Below are positions 42,701 through 51,348 of a stretch of DNA of 64,000 nucleotides, in pieces. Numbering within the stretch: the stretch's first letter is position 1; every line of letters starts with the position of its first letter. The notes beneath the pieces are model-generated. The model was given only the letters and a program-made list of their open reading frames with translations, searched no databases and was not told the origin of the DNA. Location of the stretch: NCBI GenBank assembly GCA_044223005.1, contig JBGAML010000007.1, positions 96,001 through 160,000 of the forward strand, in the 5' to 3' direction. Origin of the DNA: Candidatus Eiseniibacteriota bacterium. Lineage in GTDB: Bacteria; Eisenbacteria; RBG-16-71-46. The translations under genes were made by a program, and so were the position numbers.

Positions 42701-43082
42701 GCGCCGCGAGAGCTTCCAGTACGGCACGTCGTCGGCCACCACCGACAACAACTCCGACGTGAACTTCACCCTGTCGCGCTCGTACTCGCAGGGCCAGAAG
42801 GTGCAGTTCATGGGCAAGACGCGCACCGTGCGCAGCAGCGTCAGCATGCAGCTCACCACGGTCTACTCGCACCACACCGGCCAGACGACGCTGTCGAGCT
42901 CGACCGAAGCCAGCCGCCTGATCGACGAATCGCGCCTCTCGGTGACGGGCACGGGCAACTACGGCTTCAGCAGCACGGTGACCGGCAGCGCGGTGCTGGG
43001 CTTCAGCCAGAACAAGGACAACGCCAAGAGCATCACCAACCGGAGCGTGCGCGTGGAGCTGCGCTCGCAGTTCTCGTTCTGA
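36714..43082 (+). CDS. sprA: SprA/Sov-like giant outer-membrane beta-barrel protein (T9SS translocon homologue)
   Basis: 2122 aa; signal peptide; DLGNTSLALPGTQY..GLFGVK, RDYTVDYDLGRI, RPRIGEEP, DTEDLN, WRLYRIP, LWFDELR; Ser/Thr-rich beta strands; C-terminal Phe. Confidence 0.8.
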   Translation: MTTLTLPAFAFLMAISGIPGAKALPWFRGIAHHKPRLTAADSLPPQWKTASRLALEHDFVRAGLPGTDWDSRLRFKVSPSYDPRKFKTSVEPDSGYLRGTVEVGDLTLGRPYRVGLQDFGSRTMQRSFADAWRERSRNNLNNLAGRSSGQTQRTGLSLPIPVQLPPVVTSILGPGGPALNVSGSESIRLSGTSNWSSQQVGVLGQSRSLFPSLDMQQDLNIQLEGQLSDRVKVNLLQNSANQIPLSNRIAINYKGEEDDLVQALDLGNTSLALPGTQYVSYSGQNEGLFGVKLATRVGPLDWTVLASKQEGRSERASYSGGASVQSQMLADMEYDKGRYFLLYDPQFGLVDISDTDLQLFRDDANYSNDQNTVPGKAYVDPLGVMGVPVPSGTDTAAVRGRFDLLRAPDDYEILQNYYLFGDGSGKTVKLKIIRMKQPLTGEMALAAIYRGTIFPTGGTIDIGSVTGERLGPAAGADSSRLVMKLLRAPRSLLRAPAGTTDLNTALYDTTAAFDLTRELEMKNFYQLSGYQIDPKSFKLSIQRTTASPAQNYARLADATQVNYLEMAGLDVWDESQTTATLGHDGKVDGQGYGSGIAPVIDYNNGVVWFPDPRPFAPRLSGPSTHAFDVSVAGSLPRRLHFVGSPITASGDQGAASDSAANPLIYDKYNPDRTQDPRYYILAEFAGQRGGGEITLGRGNLLQGSDVVTVNGERWTRDRDYTVDYDLGRISLKRNLGPTDQLNIDYSYAPLFAQAGKTLLGSAFQLEGRERGLGGAFLYESRGAQDLRPRIGEEPSRTLITDLNTHYQLRPNFLTRLADHLPGVRTSTPSEINIQAEGGMSFPNPNTKNEVYIEDAEGVRDAISLTFGVDRWKLSSVPTLADSTTPGRQALFTRSLLADSLHSHNAEVHWYVPTNAVKEGDLKPTLQDKNQLQSPHTSLALSVPRFPKSYAAGDSLWFGLTYTLDQQGLDLSRSQFIEVWVNDFNDHHDPSHPQPLVRGAHARLHIDLGVVSEDMMRAPNRLPNSLLDTEDQVRGGLRDHELTVSGNIDEDTGYDGLKDKEEPGYQASSFTWADLSTARDVDPEGDDYREPDQKYHDIDARKWAGGDGSVDGTEGNKKIFPYTDTEDLNLNDHLDTKEDYFEYTIDLGDSASSYMLTDVQNDPRFRGLPNVTVDNGWRLYRIPIADGQRVQFGQPDLTIARHVRVWVDGLKDHDVQTGTEYRPTLMLGGLDIVGNRWQQAVLTPRQRGTIGTTMTLNSINSQDNSDKYVTPFDPGKALSGNQASTRREQSLSLEFTNLAAGDTLEAYRTFSVDEDYTRYGALSWYAAGFEVQGYDATRDSLEYFVRFSSDERGDGYYEVKRKLPRNSVALDIGWEKVNAALNEISNFKLLTDYPKVDPILYRVAYGDAGDSIIIRGRPSFTRLRRISIGLINEHAGGDSVGRMYPAGQLWFDELRATDVKKDVGIANRVSVGGHIANLASFNVAWNSRDADFLSVGETRGSGSRTTNLAVTSSVDTHRFFEGTGIQLPVSMVYSKGVTKPRFTAGDDVVRTGAQQEASQSNSTSRSISTTYSRVWSERSNPLLRYTIGGVTASGSRTVADAIGPTGKSSNTSTTKAVNWTVAPRSLLALPVGLKKLKFYPLPERVSASYLSTESHNSTYVRDVSDPTAFQLSSDAGGRIAGLDLSADSRPFDFISHHVDAHRALTLSNVPLQHLGFLNFGRTTSWRQTLGTRYTLQALPFVRPSFNYGSGYSTSADLQSANLSVHSIGNNRNIQMTMDLPFDQLTRGMAAARLAAPAKPDSGAAPAAPKRTPLPWRQLLARLGSIQTDYSLNRTSSFSRLVGNPNPAYLIGLSTNPGLDDPSRLYAAAGNTSADGVDWRANARTRIQVLYGSGVNARASFGDRTQTMNGVATRTADTRFPDLDFDFGKLADVLKIGKFLNQPQLRTGWTHQTSTDYRGSSTNKQGSSTSNEFRPLLSVRGALKNGTQADLSVNYRGTRRESFQYGTSSATTDNNSDVNFTLSRSYSQGQKVQFMGKTRTVRSSVSMQLTTVYSHHTGQTTLSSSTEASRLIDESRLSVTGTGNYGFSSTVTGSAVLGFSQNKDNAKSITNRSVRVELRSQFSF

Positions 43083-44014
43083 TGCGCACCCGCGTGCACG
43101 GCGTGGCGCTCGGGCTCGCGCTCGCGGCACTGCTCGCGCTCGGGCCCGCCGCGTGCACCGCGCGCCCGGCCGCCGACGGCGAGCGCATGATGGCGCGCGT
43201 GCGCCGGCAGGTGGACGCGGGGCCGCGCGTCGTCGGCACCGCGGCGCACGACACGGTGCGCGACTGGATCGCCGCGGAGCTCGAGCGGCTCGGCGGGCGC
43301 GTCGAGCGGCAGGCGTTCGTGGATTCCACGCTCGGGCGGCCGCTGCCGCTCGTCAACGTGATCGGGCGCTTCGGCCCCGCGGACGGGCGCCGCATCGTGC
43401 TGTGCGCGCACTACGACTCGCGGCCGTGGTGCGACGAGGATCCCGACACGGCGTACCATCGCGTGCCCGTGCAGGGCGCGAACGACGGCGGCTCGGGCGT
43501 GGCGGTGCTGCTCGAGGTGGCCGAGCGCATGAAGCTGCAGCCGCCGCCGGTCGGCGTCGACCTCGTGTTCTTCGACGGCGAGGACCTCGGCACGCAGCAG
43601 GCGCTGGACGCGTTCTGCCTCGGCTCCAAGGGCTATGCCGCGCGGTTGCCCGCACCGGGGGACCCGGCGCGGCCCGTGGCGGGCTTCCTGTTCGACATGG
43701 TCGGTGGCCGCGGGCTGTCGATCCACGCCGAGAGCAACTCGAACGAGCGCGCGGCCAACCTGGTCGCGCTCGTCGCGATGGCCGCGAAGGCGACGCGCGC
43801 GAGCGCGTTCCACGACGACGTGAAGTGGACGATCGTGGACGACCACATCCCTCTCAACGACGCGGGCCTGCCGACGGTCGACATCCTCGACTTCGACTAC
43901 CCGGCCTGGCACACGCACCACGACGTTCCCGAGCAGATGTCGGCCGCGAGTCTCGCGCAGGTCGCCGGCGTGGCGTGCTGGCTCGTGTACGAGAGCCCGC
44001 TCGCCCGGCACTGA
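43082..44014 (+). CDS. M28-family lipoprotein, probable glutaminyl cyclase
   Basis: Lipobox-like PAAC; AHYDSRP, GANDGGSG, FFDGED, DMVG, DDHIP, WHT; TGATG overlap with sprA. Confidence 0.85.
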   Translation: MRTRVHGVALGLALAALLALGPAACTARPAADGERMMARVRRQVDAGPRVVGTAAHDTVRDWIAAELERLGGRVERQAFVDSTLGRPLPLVNVIGRFGPADGRRIVLCAHYDSRPWCDEDPDTAYHRVPVQGANDGGSGVAVLLEVAERMKLQPPPVGVDLVFFDGEDLGTQQALDAFCLGSKGYAARLPAPGDPARPVAGFLFDMVGGRGLSIHAESNSNERAANLVALVAMAAKATRASAFHDDVKWTIVDDHIPLNDAGLPTVDILDFDYPAWHTHHDVPEQMSAASLAQVAGVACWLVYESPLARH

Positions 44015-44195
44015 CCCCGAGCGCGTCGCGCCCTCCGGCGCCCGCTCGCGCACTCGGCCGGCCGCCGGGCCACCGCCGTATCACCCCGGCGGAGAACGCG
44101 ATCCGGCCGCCCGCGGCTCCCCGCGCACCGGCACCGGGCCGCGGCGGGGGCACCGCCCGGGCCCGGAGCGCCGGAGCCACGTCCGGGGGGCCGAC

Positions 44196-44263
44196 TTGCC
44201 CCACCGGAGGCCATCGGGTACTTTGCGGGCAGGAGTGGGGCAGGTGCGACCACTCCGTTTTTT
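44196..44263 (+). promoter_or_regulatory. Promoter and terminator-like attenuator leader of the rimP-nusA operon
   Basis: TTGCCC-17bp-TACTTT; GGAGTGG/CCACTCC hairpin plus T6 just before the rimP ATG. Confidence 0.7.
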
Positions 44264-44269
44264 GTCTGT

Positions 44270-44803
44270 ATGGGAGCCAAAGTGGAAGTCCGGGAAGAAG
44301 TTCGCCAGCTGGCACAACCTCTCGCCGACGACGATGGATTCGAGCTCGTGGACGTCGAACTGTCGTCCGTCGGGCGCCATCGCGTCATCCGGGTCATGCT
44401 CGACCGCCCCGGAGGCGTGAGCGTGGGGGATTGCGCCCGGTTCAGCCGCCGGCTCTCGGATTGTCTCGACATGAACCAGACCGTCCCGGGGGCCTATCAC
44501 CTCGAGGTGAGTTCTCCCGGGCTGGATCGTCCACTTCGCACGCTGGAGCACGTGGAGCGATTCTCCGGGAAGCGCGCCGCGCTCGTGACGCACGAGCCGC
44601 GCGACGGGAGACGGCGCTTCGAAGGCGTGCTGCAGGGGCCGCGCGAGAGCTCGGTCGGTGTGCGAACGGACGAAGGTGAAGAATTGTGGTTCGAGTGGGC
44701 CGAAGTGAAGTCGGCCCGTCTGGTGGTGGATCCGTGGGAAGGCCTGCGGAACCCGAAAGGCCGGACGGCGGGCGAGCGCCGGCCGCGGGGAGGGTCCCAA
44801 TGA
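44270..44803 (+). CDS. rimP: Ribosome maturation factor RimP
   Basis: YHLEVSSPGLDRPL. Confidence 0.95.
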   Translation: MGAKVEVREEVRQLAQPLADDDGFELVDVELSSVGRHRVIRVMLDRPGGVSVGDCARFSRRLSDCLDMNQTVPGAYHLEVSSPGLDRPLRTLEHVERFSGKRAALVTHEPRDGRRRFEGVLQGPRESSVGVRTDEGEELWFEWAEVKSARLVVDPWEGLRNPKGRTAGERRPRGGSQ

Positions 44804-46179
44804 ACAACGAAATCCTGGACGCGCTGAGCCAGATCACGCGGGAGAAGAGCGTCGATCGCGCGTTGCTGATCGAGACGCTCGAGACCGGCCTCGCGAGCGC
44901 GGTGCGCAAGAAGCACGGCGCCACCGCGGACGTCGACGTGCGCTTCAACGAGCGCACCGGCCAGCTCGAGTGCGCGCTCCGCATGAGCGTGGTCGAGACG
45001 GTCGAGGATCCGTCGTTCCAGTGGACCGTCGAGAAGGCGCGTGCGCACAAGGCCGACGCCAAGGTCGGTGACGTCGTGCGCATCCCGCTGCCGATCAACG
45101 AGTTCGGCCGTAACGCGATCCAGACCGCCAAGCAGGTGCTCATCCAGCGCGTGCGCGAAGCCGAGCGTGACCGGGTGTTCAAGGAGTACTCGGACAAGGT
45201 CGGCGCGCTGGTGCGCGGTGTGGTGCAGCAGGTGGACCGCGGCAACGTGATCGTGAAGCTCGACTTCAGCGAAGGCGTGCTGCCGGCGCGCGAGCAGATC
45301 CCGAGGTCGTACCACCGCCAGGGCGACTACGTGCGCGCCGTGGTGATCAACGTCGACAAGTCCGCGAAGGGTCCGCAGGTGATCCTGTCGCGCACGCATC
45401 CCGACTTCCTGCGCCGCCTGTTCGAGAGCGAGGTGCCCGAGATCGCCGACGCCATCGTCGAGGTCAAGGCCGTCTCGCGCGAGGCCGGCGCGCGCTCGAA
45501 GATCAGCGTCTTCTCCACCGATCCGCGCGTGGACGCGGTGGGCTCGTGCGTGGGCCTCAAGGGCTCGCGCGTGCAGAGCATCGTGCGCGAACTGGGCGGC
45601 GAGCGCATCGACATCGTGCCGTGGTCGGCCGACGCGTCGGTGTTCGTCTCGCGCGCGCTCGCGCCGGCCCGCGTCATGGACGTGAAGGTGCAGGAGGCGG
45701 ACAGGCGCATGCTGGTGATCGTGGCCGACGACCAGCTCTCGCTCGCGATCGGCAAGGGTGGGCAGAATGCCCGCCTCGCCGCGCGGCTCACGGGCTGGAA
45801 GATCGACCTCGTGTCCAAGTCCGACGAGAAGAAGCGCGTCGAGCTGGAGCGTGCGAGCCGCATCGAGGTCGAGCAGCTCGGCCTCGGCGAAGCGACGACC
45901 GAGAAGCTCATCTCGGCGGGCATCGAGACGGCGCAGGAGCTGGTCGCGACGCCGCTCGAGAAGCTGGTCGAGATCCCGGGTATCGGCGAGAAGACGGCGG
46001 AGAAGGTGCTGGCGACCGCGCTCGAGTACATGGCCGCGCACCCGCCGGTGACGGCGTCCGAGACCCCGAACGAACTGGAATTCACGCCGGAGATGGAGCC
46101 CGCCGCGGAAGCGGCCGCGGGCGACGCCGGTCCTGCAGCATCGAGCGATGCCGCGGAAGGAGCGGAACGTGCCGAGTAA
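44800..46179 (+). CDS. nusA: Transcription factor NusA
   Basis: FGRNAIQTAKQ, FESEVPEI, AIGKGGQNARLA. Confidence 0.97.
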   Translation: MNNEILDALSQITREKSVDRALLIETLETGLASAVRKKHGATADVDVRFNERTGQLECALRMSVVETVEDPSFQWTVEKARAHKADAKVGDVVRIPLPINEFGRNAIQTAKQVLIQRVREAERDRVFKEYSDKVGALVRGVVQQVDRGNVIVKLDFSEGVLPAREQIPRSYHRQGDYVRAVVINVDKSAKGPQVILSRTHPDFLRRLFESEVPEIADAIVEVKAVSREAGARSKISVFSTDPRVDAVGSCVGLKGSRVQSIVRELGGERIDIVPWSADASVFVSRALAPARVMDVKVQEADRRMLVIVADDQLSLAIGKGGQNARLAARLTGWKIDLVSKSDEKKRVELERASRIEVEQLGLGEATTEKLISAGIETAQELVATPLEKLVEIPGIGEKTAEKVLATALEYMAAHPPVTASETPNELEFTPEMEPAAEAAAGDAGPAASSDAAEGAERAE

Positions 46180-48736
46180 CCCCGCGGCCAAGAAGCTGCG
46201 CATCTACGAGGTCGCCAAGGATCTCGGCATGTCGAGCGACGTGATCATCCAGATCGCGAAGAAGCTCGGTGTCGAGGTGAAGAACCACATGAGCACCCTC
46301 CCCGTCGAGATGGTGGAGAAGGTGCGCGCCGAGATGGCGACCGAAAAGGCCGCCGCGCGCGAGGAAGTCGTGCGGCAGCAGGAGCAGGAAGCGCAGCGCG
46401 CCCGCGACGAGCGTGCGCGCGCGCAGGCCCAGCCGTCCGCGGCGGGCGGCTACCAGCAGAACCCGGCGCTGCCGTACAACCGTCCACCCGGCGCGGGCTC
46501 GGCGGTCGTCTATCGTCCGCCGCAGCCGGTCGTGCCCGGCCGTCCCGCGACGCCGTCCACGCCGCCGCAGCGCGGCCCGCAGGGCGGCGGCCGTCCGGGT
46601 GGTCCCGGCGGTCCCGGTGGCCGTCCCGGCGGATACAGTGGCGGTCGGCCCGGTGGCTACGGCGGTGGTCGTCCCCAGGGCGCGCCCGGTGGTGGCGGCG
46701 GTGGCGGTGGCCGTCCGTGGAGCGGCCCGACGTCGTCCGGTCCCGGCGGTGGCGCGCCCGGTGGCGGTGGTGGCGGGCGTCCCGCGTTCGGTGGCGGCGG
46801 CCCCGGTGGTCCGGGTCGCGGCGGCCCGGGCCGGCGTGATCGCAAGAAGAAGAAGAACGTCGACGAGCGGCAGGCGGCGGAGAGCGTCCGCAAGACTCTC
46901 GCGACGCTCGATCTCGGCAGCTCGCGCCGCAAGCATCGCCGGCGCGACGAGGACGGTGCGGATGCGCCGGCCGAGGCGGCGAAGGTCATCAAGGCCGCGG
47001 AGTTCATCACCGTGGCCGAGCTCGCCGGCCTGCTCGAGGTCAAGCCGCAGGAGGTCATCGGCGCGTGCATGCGCATGGGCCTCATGGCGACGATCAACAA
47101 GCGTCTCGACAAGGACTCGATGATGACCGTGGCCGACGAGTTCGGCTACGAGGTCGAGTTCGTGTCGGAGTTCGGTGAAGAGGCCGAGGTCGAGGCCGCC
47201 GACGAGTCGCCGGCCGAGAAGCTGCGGCCGCGTGCGCCGGTCGTCACGGTCATGGGCCACGTCGACCACGGCAAGACGTCGCTGCTCGACTACGTCCGCA
47301 AGTCGAACGTGATCGCGGGCGAGTCCGGCGGCATCACGCAGCACATCGGCGCGTACGACGTGACGTTGCCCGACGGCCGCAAGGTCTGCTTCCTCGACAC
47401 GCCCGGTCACGAGGCGTTCACCGCCATGCGTGCCCGCGGCGCGCAGGTGACGGACGTCGTCGTGCTGGTCGTGGCGGCGGACGACCGCGTCATGCCGCAG
47501 ACGATCGAAGCGATCGACCACGCGAAGGCCGCCAACGTGCCGATCGTGGTCGCGATCAACAAGGTCGACCTGCCGACGGCCGATCCGCAGAAGATCAAGA
47601 CCGAGCTCGCCGGCCACGGCGTCGTCGTCGAGGAGTTCGGCGGCAAGTACGTCAGCGTCGAGATCTCGGCCAAGAAGGGCACCAACGTCGACAAGCTGCT
47701 CGACATGATCCTGCTCTCGACCGAGATGCTCGAGCTCAAGGCGGATCCGGATCGCCGCGCGCGCGGCGTCGTGCTGGAAGCGCGCGTCGAGCAGGGCCGT
47801 GGCGTCGTCGCGAGCGTGCTCGTGCAGATGGGCACGCTGCGCATCGGCGACCCGTTCGTCGCCGGAGCGCACTTCGGGCGCGTCCGCGCGATGTTCAACG
47901 AGCGCATGCAGGCGGTGAAGCAGGCCGGTCCCTCGACGCCCGTCGAGGTGCTCGGCTGGGACACGACCCCGGGCGCCGGCGACATCTTCGTCTCGCTCGA
48001 GGACGAGCGCGAAACCCGCGAGATCGCGGGCAAGCGCGCCGCGCTGCACCGCGAGCAGGAGTTCCGTGCCGCCAAGCCGACCCTGAGCGACTTCTATTCG
48101 CAGATGTCGCAGGGCGGGCCCAACGAGCTCAAGATGCTCATCAAGGGCGACGTGGACGGCTCGGTCGAGGCGCTCAGCGAGTCGCTGCAGAAGCTCAGCA
48201 CCGCCGAAGTCGCCGTGCGCGTCATCCGCCAGGCGGTCGGCCAGATCACCGAGTCCGACGTGCTGCTGGCGTCGGCGTCCGGCGCGATCGTGGTCGGCTT
48301 CCACGTGCGGCCCGACGCGAAGGCGCGCGAGATGGCGGAGCGTGACAAGGTCGAAATCCGGCTCTACGACATCATCTACAAGGCCGTCGAGGACGTGAAG
48401 CAGGCGCTCGAGGGCATGCTCAAGCCGGAACTGAAGGAAGTCTCGCTCGGCGTCGCCGAGGTCCGGCAGGTGTTCCGCCTCTCGAAGGGCTCCGTGGTGG
48501 CCGGCTGCATGGTCTCCACGGGCAAGATCACCCGCGGCGAATCGATCCGCGTGCTGCGCGCCGGCGAGACGGTCTGGACCGGCCGGATCGAGGCGCTCAA
48601 GCGCTTCAAGGACGACGTCCGCGAAGTGCTGCAGGGCTTCGAGTGCGGCATCACGCTCGCGGGCTTCAACGACATCCAGCAGGGCGACCGGCTGGAGTCC
48701 TTCACCGTGCAGGAGCTGGCCCGCACGCTGGCATGA
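46169..48736 (+). CDS. infB: Translation initiation factor IF-2
   Basis: GHVDHGKT, DTPGHEAF, NKVD; Gly/Pro/Arg-rich N-region; GTG start after AAGGAG. Confidence 0.97.
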   Translation: MPSNPAAKKLRIYEVAKDLGMSSDVIIQIAKKLGVEVKNHMSTLPVEMVEKVRAEMATEKAAAREEVVRQQEQEAQRARDERARAQAQPSAAGGYQQNPALPYNRPPGAGSAVVYRPPQPVVPGRPATPSTPPQRGPQGGGRPGGPGGPGGRPGGYSGGRPGGYGGGRPQGAPGGGGGGGGRPWSGPTSSGPGGGAPGGGGGGRPAFGGGGPGGPGRGGPGRRDRKKKKNVDERQAAESVRKTLATLDLGSSRRKHRRRDEDGADAPAEAAKVIKAAEFITVAELAGLLEVKPQEVIGACMRMGLMATINKRLDKDSMMTVADEFGYEVEFVSEFGEEAEVEAADESPAEKLRPRAPVVTVMGHVDHGKTSLLDYVRKSNVIAGESGGITQHIGAYDVTLPDGRKVCFLDTPGHEAFTAMRARGAQVTDVVVLVVAADDRVMPQTIEAIDHAKAANVPIVVAINKVDLPTADPQKIKTELAGHGVVVEEFGGKYVSVEISAKKGTNVDKLLDMILLSTEMLELKADPDRRARGVVLEARVEQGRGVVASVLVQMGTLRIGDPFVAGAHFGRVRAMFNERMQAVKQAGPSTPVEVLGWDTTPGAGDIFVSLEDERETREIAGKRAALHREQEFRAAKPTLSDFYSQMSQGGPNELKMLIKGDVDGSVEALSESLQKLSTAEVAVRVIRQAVGQITESDVLLASASGAIVVGFHVRPDAKAREMAERDKVEIRLYDIIYKAVEDVKQALEGMLKPELKEVSLGVAEVRQVFRLSKGSVVAGCMVSTGKITRGESIRVLRAGETVWTGRIEALKRFKDDVREVLQGFECGITLAGFNDIQQGDRLESFTVQELARTLA

Positions 48737-48819
48737 TCGCGGCCCGGGGCGCGCCACGCGCGCCCCGGGCATCGCGCCGCGCCGTGCACCGGCCGGCGCA
48801 TCGGGTCGCGGGAGGTCCG

Positions 48820-49101
48820 GTGTTCGTCGGCATCGCGCGCGCGGAGCTGCACCTGCCCGCGGCGCGCTCGCTCAAGGACAAGCGCCAGGTGGTGCGCAGC
48901 CTCAAGGATCGCCTCCGCGACCGGGCGCTCGCCGCCGTGGCCGAAGTCGACTACCACGATCTCTGGCAGCGCACGGCGCTGGGGATCGCGGTCGTGGCCG
49001 CGGAGGCGGGACAGGCGCAGGAACTGCTGCAGGTGGCGCGCCGCCTCGCCGACGGTGAGGTCGCGGCCGTGCTCACGGACTGGCAGGAGAGAATCGAGTG
49101 A
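48820..49101 (+). CDS. DUF503 (YlxP) protein
   Basis: SLKDKRQVVRSLKDR, AVAEVD..DLWQR; GGAGG RBS; conserved position. Confidence 0.88.
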   Translation: MFVGIARAELHLPAARSLKDKRQVVRSLKDRLRDRALAAVAEVDYHDLWQRTALGIAVVAAEAGQAQELLQVARRLADGEVAAVLTDWQERIE

Positions 49102-49469
49102 GAATCCGCCCCGAGAAGGTTGCCCAGCTGATGCGGCGCGAAGTCGCCGAGATCCTCGAGACGAAGCTGCGCGACCCGCGGCTCGCCACCACCGTCACCG
49201 TGACCGACGTCGAGGTCACCTCCGACCTGTCGTTCGCGCGCATCTACGTGACCGTGATGGGCGACATGTCCGTGCGGCCCGGCGCGCTCGCCGCGCTGCA
49301 GCACGCGGCCGGCTTCGTGCGCCACGAACTCGGCGACCGCCTCGGCCTGCGCGAGGTGCCCGAAATCCGGTTCCTCTACGACGACTCGCTCGACCAGGGC
49401 GCGCGCGTGGACGAGCTGCTGCGCAAGATCGAGCGCGGCGAGCCCGTGGAGGGCGACGAGGAGGCATGA
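49098..49469 (+). CDS. rbfA: Ribosome-binding factor A
   Basis: RDPRL..TVTDVEVTSDLS, LREVPEIRF.YD. Confidence 0.95.
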   Translation: MRIRPEKVAQLMRREVAEILETKLRDPRLATTVTVTDVEVTSDLSFARIYVTVMGDMSVRPGALAALQHAAGFVRHELGDRLGLREVPEIRFLYDDSLDQGARVDELLRKIERGEPVEGDEEA

Positions 49470-50428
49470 GCGGCGCCTCGCGCGGCGCGGCGGCCCCGGC
49501 GTGGTCGGGCCTGCTGCCGGTCGACAAGCCGGCGGGCCCGACCTCGCACGACGTCGTCGCGCGCGCCCGGCGCGCGCTCGGTACGCGCGCGATCGGGCAC
49601 CTCGGCACGCTCGATCCCGCTGCGACCGGACTGCTCGTGCTCGCGGTGGGCGCGGCGACGCGCTGCGCCGCGGTGTGGCAGGGCGGCGCCAAGCTCTACG
49701 AGGGCGTCGCGCGCTTCGGGCTCGTGACCGACTCGCAGGACCTCGACGGCCACGTGCTCGCCGACCGCGACGCGCGCCCCGCGCCCGAGGCGATCCGCGC
49801 CGCCGCCGGCGCGCTGACCGGCGAGCTCGCGCAGGTGCCGCCGATGGTGTCCGCGCTCAAGGTGGGCGGCGAGCGCCTGCACGCGATCGCCCGCCGCGGC
49901 GAGTCGGTCGAGCGCGCACCGCGCGCGGTGCGCGTGGACGCGTGGGAGTGGCTCGCGTTCGAGGGCCGCGACGCGCGCTTCCGCGTGCGCTGCTCGGGCG
50001 GGACCTACGTGCGCACGCTGGTGCACGACCTCGGCACCACGCTCGGCTGCGGCGCCGCGCTCGCGTCGCTGCGCCGGCTCGCGAGCGATCCGTTCGACGT
50101 GGCGAACGCCGCGGCGTGGGCGGACCTCGACGCCGGCGTCCGCGACGCGACGCTCGCGCGCCACGGAGTGTCGCTCGACCGGGCGCTCGAGGTGCTGCCC
50201 GCGGTCGTGCTCGATCCGCGCGACGCCGAGGCGCTCGGCCACGGCCAGCCGGTGGCGGTCGCCGAACCGCCCGCGGGCGCGCTCGGCCGCGGCGCGCGCT
50301 CGATCGTCCTGCGCGACGCCGGCGGCCGCGCGCTCGCGCTGGGCGAGCTGCAGGCGGCCGCGGACGGCACGTGGGCGCGGCCGCAGGTCGTGTTCCCGTG
50401 GGCGGTGCGCGAAGGGCGGGCGGCGTGA
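49466..50428 (+). CDS. truB: tRNA pseudouridine(55) synthase
   Basis: DKPAGPTSHDVV, GHLGTLDP.ATG, SGGTYVR. Confidence 0.95.
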   Translation: MSGASRGAAAPAWSGLLPVDKPAGPTSHDVVARARRALGTRAIGHLGTLDPAATGLLVLAVGAATRCAAVWQGGAKLYEGVARFGLVTDSQDLDGHVLADRDARPAPEAIRAAAGALTGELAQVPPMVSALKVGGERLHAIARRGESVERAPRAVRVDAWEWLAFEGRDARFRVRCSGGTYVRTLVHDLGTTLGCGAALASLRRLASDPFDVANAAAWADLDAGVRDATLARHGVSLDRALEVLPAVVLDPRDAEALGHGQPVAVAEPPAGALGRGARSIVLRDAGGRALALGELQAAADGTWARPQVVFPWAVREGRAA

Positions 50429-51348
50429 GCGGCAGCGTCGCGGTCGGCGTGTTCGACGGCCTGCATCGCGGGCACGTCGCGCTCATCGAGCGGGCGCGCG
50501 CGCGCGCCGCGGGCGAGCGCTGCGTGGCGGTGAGCTTCGATCCGCATCCGGACGTCGTGCTCGCCAAGGAGTTCCGCGCGCTGCCGCCGCTCACGCCGCT
50601 CGCCGAGAAGCAGGAACGCCTCGCGGCGATGGGCGTGGAGCTGCACGTGCTGCCGTTCACGCGCGAGCTCGCGCGGCTCGAGCCCGAGACGTTCGTCGCC
50701 GCGCACCTGGTCGGCCCGTTCGCCCCGCGCTGGCTGGTGGTGGGCGAGGACTTCGCGCTCGGGCGCGCGCGCAGTGGGAACGTCGACCGGCTGCGCGCGA
50801 TCGGGCAGGGCAGCGGGTTCGAGGTCGAAGCCGTGCCGCTGCGGCTCGAGGGCGGCGAGGCCGTGAGCAGCACGCGCATCCGCGCGCTGCTCGAACGCGG
50901 CGACGTGCGCGGCGCCGCGGCGCTGCTCGGCCGGCGCTACTCGCTCGCCGGGCGAGTGGTGCACGGCGACGCGCTCGGCCGCGAACTCGGCTACCCGACC
51001 GCCAACCTGCGGCTGCACGAGGAGAAGTGCGTGCCCGCGCTGGGCATCTACGCCGTGTGGGCGCGGATCGACCGGGCCGGGGACTGGATCGCCGGCGCCA
51101 TGAGCGTCGGGGTGCGGCCCACTTTCGGGGGCCAGGTGCGCACGCTCGAGGTGTTCCTGCTCGATTGGAGCGGCGACCTCTACGACCGCGACGTCGAGGT
51201 GGCGTTCGTCGACTGGCTCCGCCCGGAGCTGCGGTTCGACGGCCGCGAGGCCCTCGTCGCGGCCATCGACGGCGACGTGGCGCAGACGCGCCAACGACTT
51301 GCGGCCGATCCCCGCTCCCCGGGCGAGGCGCCGGGGGAGTGGTCCTGA
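50425..51348 (+). CDS. ribF: Riboflavin kinase / FAD synthetase
   Basis: GVFDGLHRGH, SSTRIR, GYPTAN, RPTF. Confidence 0.95.
   Translation: MSGSVAVGVFDGLHRGHVALIERARARAAGERCVAVSFDPHPDVVLAKEFRALPPLTPLAEKQERLAAMGVELHVLPFTRELARLEPETFVAAHLVGPFAPRWLVVGEDFALGRARSGNVDRLRAIGQGSGFEVEAVPLRLEGGEAVSSTRIRALLERGDVRGAAALLGRRYSLAGRVVHGDALGRELGYPTANLRLHEEKCVPALGIYAVWARIDRAGDWIAGAMSVGVRPTFGGQVRTLEVFLLDWSGDLYDRDVEVAFVDWLRPELRFDGREALVAAIDGDVAQTRQRLAADPRSPGEAPGEWS

Noticed and set aside
36666..43130. 2154-aa minus-strand ORF and other long antisense ORFs (e.g. 51901-56052, 46082-48772, 30317-32989)
   Set aside because: Shadows of well-supported genes in high-GC DNA; R/A/V/H-rich with no motifs
46580..46840. GGCGGT/GGTCCC repeats
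   Set aside because: Ordinary Gly/Pro/Arg-rich linker of IF-2
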